From: Clostridia bacterium
GTDB lineage: Bacteria; Bacillota; Clostridia; Oscillospirales; CAG-272
Reading direction: 5' to 3'
DNA: 64,000 nucleotides
Assembly (NCBI GenBank): GCA_017410065.1
Contig: JAFQRL010000032.1
Span: 1,027-65,026, forward strand
The position numbers were made by a program, and so were the translations under genes. Within the stretch, counting starts at the first letter, position 1. Every line of letters begins with the position of its first letter. The notes under the pieces are model-generated. The model worked only from the letters and a program-made list of their open reading frames with translations. It searched no databases and was not told the DNA's origin. Of the stretch, positions 60,658-64,000 are shown piece by piece.

Positions 60658-61478
60658 TGCTATTTAAGCTTATTTTTCACGATATGCTTGCCGATTCAAG
60701 GCGTAGATTTATTCTTCTCGCAATTTCTCTTGTCTCCGCCGTCGCTTCTATCGGCGCAGGCATTGGCTCTGTGGCGGCAAGAGCAGACGGAAACGAGCAG
60801 CTTTCCCTCTCTCTTGAGCTGATCCCATATCTTGCAACCCTTATCTCGGGCGTGGTGCTGATCATTCTCTATATCAGCATATATAAGGGCTTCCACCGCG
60901 CACTGTATTCCACCGAGGGTCAGCTTGCTTTCACAAGACCTGTGAGCCGCGGTGCGGTGCTTCTTTCAAAAACTATCGCGGATTCCATCTGGATATCCGT
61001 CTTTTCCCTTCTTAACCTTGGCATAAGCACGGTTATGATAACCACCTCCTCCGCCTCGGGCACTCTTATAAAGGAGCTTGTGGGAGAGAGCCTTCTCCCC
61101 GTAATCGCAGAGAACACAGCGCTTTACCTGCCCCTTCTTCTGGCATACGGCATCATCTCAAGCGTATCGGGGCTTCTTATTGCCGAGCTCGCCATCACCT
61201 TCGGTGCGCTTATCCCGAGAAACCATAAGCTCATCTGCGGAATAGGCATATTCTTCGGCGCAAGATCTGTGCTATCTGTTCTCGCGGATACCGTCTCCAC
61301 CGTCCTCACCCTCCCGCTTTACGAGCTCCGCGACGGAGGAATGGCCCTTCCCGAATCGGCACTCCCCACCCATTCGCTAACGGTTATAGTTGTCAGCCTC
61401 ATCGTTGATACAGGCGTGATAGTCGGCGCGTATCTCATCTCGCGCCTTATAGTCAATAAAAAGCTTTCCTTCAGATAA
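60657..61478 (+). CDS. Polytopic membrane protein (ABC-2-like permease partner)
   Basis: 273 aa, about 6 TM segments. The start overlaps the ATPase stop (TGATG). Confidence 0.7.
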   Translation: MLFKLIFHDMLADSRRRFILLAISLVSAVASIGAGIGSVAARADGNEQLSLSLELIPYLATLISGVVLIILYISIYKGFHRALYSTEGQLAFTRPVSRGAVLLSKTIADSIWISVFSLLNLGISTVMITTSSASGTLIKELVGESLLPVIAENTALYLPLLLAYGIISSVSGLLIAELAITFGALIPRNHKLICGIGIFFGARSVLSVLADTVSTVLTLPLYELRDGGMALPESALPTHSLTVIVVSLIVDTGVIVGAYLISRLIVNKKLSFR

Positions 61479-61486
61479 TTATAAAA

Positions 61487-61528
61487 AAGCGAGAGCACCT
61501 CGGCGACAAAACCGATCTGCTCTCGCTT
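61487..61528. terminator. Hairpin terminator between convergent permease and LysR genes
   Basis: AAGCGAGAGCA..TGCTCTCGCTT. The T-tract is best on the minus strand (TTTTTTAT). Confidence 0.6.
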
Positions 61529-61539
61529 CTTATCATCTT

Positions 61540-62430
61540 TTAATTATCAAATTCGTTTTCCTTTATATATTCTATAAGTGCAGAGAGGGGTCTGGATATC
61601 CATTTGTTTTTATGGTAGAGAAGCTGCTTCCAGATCTCAAAGCTTGCGTCCACAACGTTCAGATAAACCAGCTTTCCCTCGCGGACCTTCTTTTCGGTGG
61701 CGAAGTCGGGAAGAAAGGCAACTCCCGCGCCTGCCTCAAGCACGCTTGCTATGATATCGGTCCGCTCAAGCTCAAGTATGGGAGTGAGCTCGATGGATTT
61801 TTTCGCAAGAAGCTCGTCAAGAGGGCGACGGTAGCCCGTGTTCTTCTCCGTGGCAATAAAGGGCATTGCCACGATCTGCTCGATGGTCAGCGGCTTATCG
61901 GTGGCGTAGGGGGAGTCCGCACCTGTAACGAAATGTATTCCCACCCTTTGCTCCTTTGCGATAATATAATCGCTCTGATATGCGTGAATATCCATCGTGA
62001 GCATTATGTCCGCCTCGTTTCTATCAAGCATACGGAACATATCCTGAGTATCAAGGCTTGTGAATTTCAAGGAGATTCCCGGGTATTTTCTGTGGAAATC
62101 CATATAGTTATTGAATATCATCTGCTCGCAGACCGAATGAGGCACGAGCACGTGGAGAGCTCCCTCCACAGGCTTTGTCAGATTGAAATTCTGATTAAAC
62201 TCCTCGTTCATTCGGCATATCTTCTGCGCATATTCAAGAAGCTCCGCGCCCTTTTCGGTTAGGGATATGGTGTGATTTATTCTCTCAAAAAGCAAGCACC
62301 CAAGCTCCTCCTCCAGCTGCTTTATCTGGAAGGATATGGTGGACTGGGAATATCCAAGGATATTCGCCGCCTTTGTGAAGCTGTTTTGCTCTGCAACTCT
62401 GATGAATGAAAGCAGATTTCTTATTTCCAT
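61540..62430 (-). CDS. LysR-family transcriptional regulator
   Basis: N-terminal HTH FIRVAEQNSFTKAANILGYSQSTISFQIKQLEEELG. 296 aa. Confidence 0.88.
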   Translation of the reverse strand: MEIRNLLSFIRVAEQNSFTKAANILGYSQSTISFQIKQLEEELGCLLFERINHTISLTEKGAELLEYAQKICRMNEEFNQNFNLTKPVEGALHVLVPHSVCEQMIFNNYMDFHRKYPGISLKFTSLDTQDMFRMLDRNEADIMLTMDIHAYQSDYIIAKEQRVGIHFVTGADSPYATDKPLTIEQIVAMPFIATEKNTGYRRPLDELLAKKSIELTPILELERTDIIASVLEAGAGVAFLPDFATEKKVREGKLVYLNVVDASFEIWKQLLYHKNKWISRPLSALIEYIKENEFDN

Positions 62431-62586
62431 TTCAAACTCTTTTCTCTTATCGATTTTTTCAATGACCGCACCAAAAAACTCCCGTTTGTCCGATCTTGTA
62501 AAATATTATATAATATACGGGCGGAAAAATCAATAGGAGATGCGAATATTGATCATATTTTAATAGCCACAAAAGAGGTAGTTTAT

Positions 62587-63702
62587 ATGCTTTCAAGCTT
62601 TGATTTTTCATCGAACACAACCGCGGGATGTGCAAATCAGCACTTCTTCATACCCTCCGAGGGCGTGCGGACAGGCCGCGCATTTTTCAAAATAAAATGC
62701 GGCGGAGAATATAATTATTCTCTGCTCTTTTCGGGCACCCTTGACGGCTCATACAGGCGCTTGAGCTTCCCAAACGAGCCCTGCTCCGACTGGGAGATCC
62801 ACCGCGCGAGAGTGGGCAGACTCGCCTCGCTCCCCGATGATATCTCTCCCGAGGATATAACCGATGATGAAGCCCTCACCCCCGAATGGCTCTCCGAGCT
62901 CACCTTCTCGGGCAGCCCCAACCGCAAGGCGGAGGATGGATTTTTCGCAAGCGACCCCGTGCGCCTCTCCTTCTCCGAGGGCGAGCTTCTTTGCCTGGAG
63001 CTTGAATATTCGGGAGGAAAGATCCCCTGCCACCCCGAGGTGACTATCCCTGTTTATAACAAGCGCGACACAGAGGGCAATGTCCTTTGGGAATACACCG
63101 TGAATATGCCCCTACCCACGATGATCGGCTGTGACCGCCCCATAAAAGAGAGGGTTGCCTACCTCGGCGACTCCATCACCCAGGGAGCAGACACTCCAAC
63201 AAACTCATACTCCCATTGGGTCGCGCGCTTCGCTGAAAAGCTTCCCGACTGCTACGCCCATTGGAATATCGGCATCGGCTACGGAAAGGCGGCGGACGCC
63301 GCAAGCTTCGGCGCGTGGTATCAAAAGGCACTCACCGCAGACACGGTCTTTCTCTGCTACGGCGTGAACGACGTAAACTCCGACTATACCGCAGAGCATA
63401 TAAAGGGCGACCTTTTTAAGATCGTCTCCGACCTTAAGTCGAGAGGAAAAAGAGTTATCCTTCAAACCGTGCCGCCCTTCAACTATCCCGAGCCTCGCCG
63501 CCTTGTGTGGGAGGAGGTCAACCGCTATATCAAGGAGGAGCTCTCCGCCCTCGCGGACCGCGTCTTCGACCCGAATTTCATCCTCTCCCTCTCCAAAGAA
63601 GAGCCTCACCTCGCGCGCTACGGCGGTCATCCCGACCCCGAGGGCTGCGCCCTTTGGGCAAACGCCTTGTACGAAGCGGTAAAGGATATGTTCCCCGCGT
63701 AG
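62587..63702 (+). CDS. SGNH/GDSL hydrolase with an N-terminal beta-rich domain
   Basis: Block I YLGDSITQG, block III CYGVNDV, and GGHPDP near the C-terminus. Confidence 0.75.
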   Translation: MLSSFDFSSNTTAGCANQHFFIPSEGVRTGRAFFKIKCGGEYNYSLLFSGTLDGSYRRLSFPNEPCSDWEIHRARVGRLASLPDDISPEDITDDEALTPEWLSELTFSGSPNRKAEDGFFASDPVRLSFSEGELLCLELEYSGGKIPCHPEVTIPVYNKRDTEGNVLWEYTVNMPLPTMIGCDRPIKERVAYLGDSITQGADTPTNSYSHWVARFAEKLPDCYAHWNIGIGYGKAADAASFGAWYQKALTADTVFLCYGVNDVNSDYTAEHIKGDLFKIVSDLKSRGKRVILQTVPPFNYPEPRRLVWEEVNRYIKEELSALADRVFDPNFILSLSKEEPHLARYGGHPDPEGCALWANALYEAVKDMFPA

Positions 63703-63743
63703 TGCACTTAAGAACAACTACCGTAAAGCACCTATCAAACATT

Positions 63744-63785
63744 AAAGAGGCTGCCTCAAATTGAGATAGCCTCTTTTCATATTTT
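63744..63785. terminator. Hairpin terminator between convergent genes
   Basis: AAAGAGGCT..AGCCTCTTT followed by TCATATTTTC. Confidence 0.6.
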
Positions 63786-63854
63786 CTTGCCCTCAAGGGC
63801 AAACACCGCTTGGCAAAACCGCTTTATCACAGTTCGCCGTCATGTGTTCATTAA

Positions 63855-64000
63855 CTACGAACCGATCACGGTAGTACCAATATTGGAGTAATAATAGGTC
63901 CACTCCTCCACCTCGTCGCCCTCATTAAGGCTGATGGAGTGATAAATGAGTACACCGTCCTGGAACTTTATCTCGTGGTGCTCGTCGCTGTTGTCGGGAG
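63855..64000 (-). CDS. 3' end of an unidentified gene running out of the window
   Basis: 47 sense codons then TAG (..PDNSDEHHEIKFQDGVLIYHSISLNEGDEVEEWTYYYSNIGTTVIGS*). GC3-rich codon usage like the neighbouring genes. Not in the ORF track because it is short. Confidence 0.4.
   Translation of the reverse strand, partial: PDNSDEHHEIKFQDGVLIYHSISLNEGDEVEEWTYYYSNIGTTVIGS

Overview
64-kb chromosomal segment from a moderately GC-rich (about 53%) anaerobic Firmicute. It looks Clostridia-like: PFOR, a T-box leader, AAGGAG-type RBSs and extended -10 promoters. Most genes are for carbohydrate harvesting. These include four tandem DUF4838-like paralogs plus a recombinant N-terminal relic, a GH29 fucosidase, and a GH105 hydrolase followed by four PL22-like lyase paralogs. 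There is also a GH20-like/MFS/PHP/DUF4838-like operon and a rhaB-rhaA-GH-rhaD rhamnose operon with AraC regulators. Housekeeping genes include PFOR, trmH-udk, T-box-controlled metY-metA, a Na/Pi transporter, pepF-transglutaminase lipoprotein-copA, zupT, a NUDIX hydrolase, an ABC pair and a LysR regulator. I found no rRNA, tRNA, CRISPR array, transposase or recognisable defence genes. The most unusual signals are non-coding. (i) A ~160-nt element occurs three times, each at or within 4 nt of the stop codon of a minus-strand gene, with compensatory substitutions in several helices. (ii) Three arrays alternate GC-rich mini-hairpins with a conserved AT-rich 7-10-mer. (iii) A fragmented relic of the PFOR 3' end carries nested insertions. 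(iv) A perfect consensus promoter plus a small ORF lies divergent from a 68-aa XRE regulator. Family assignments rest on motif recognition by eye, not on searches.
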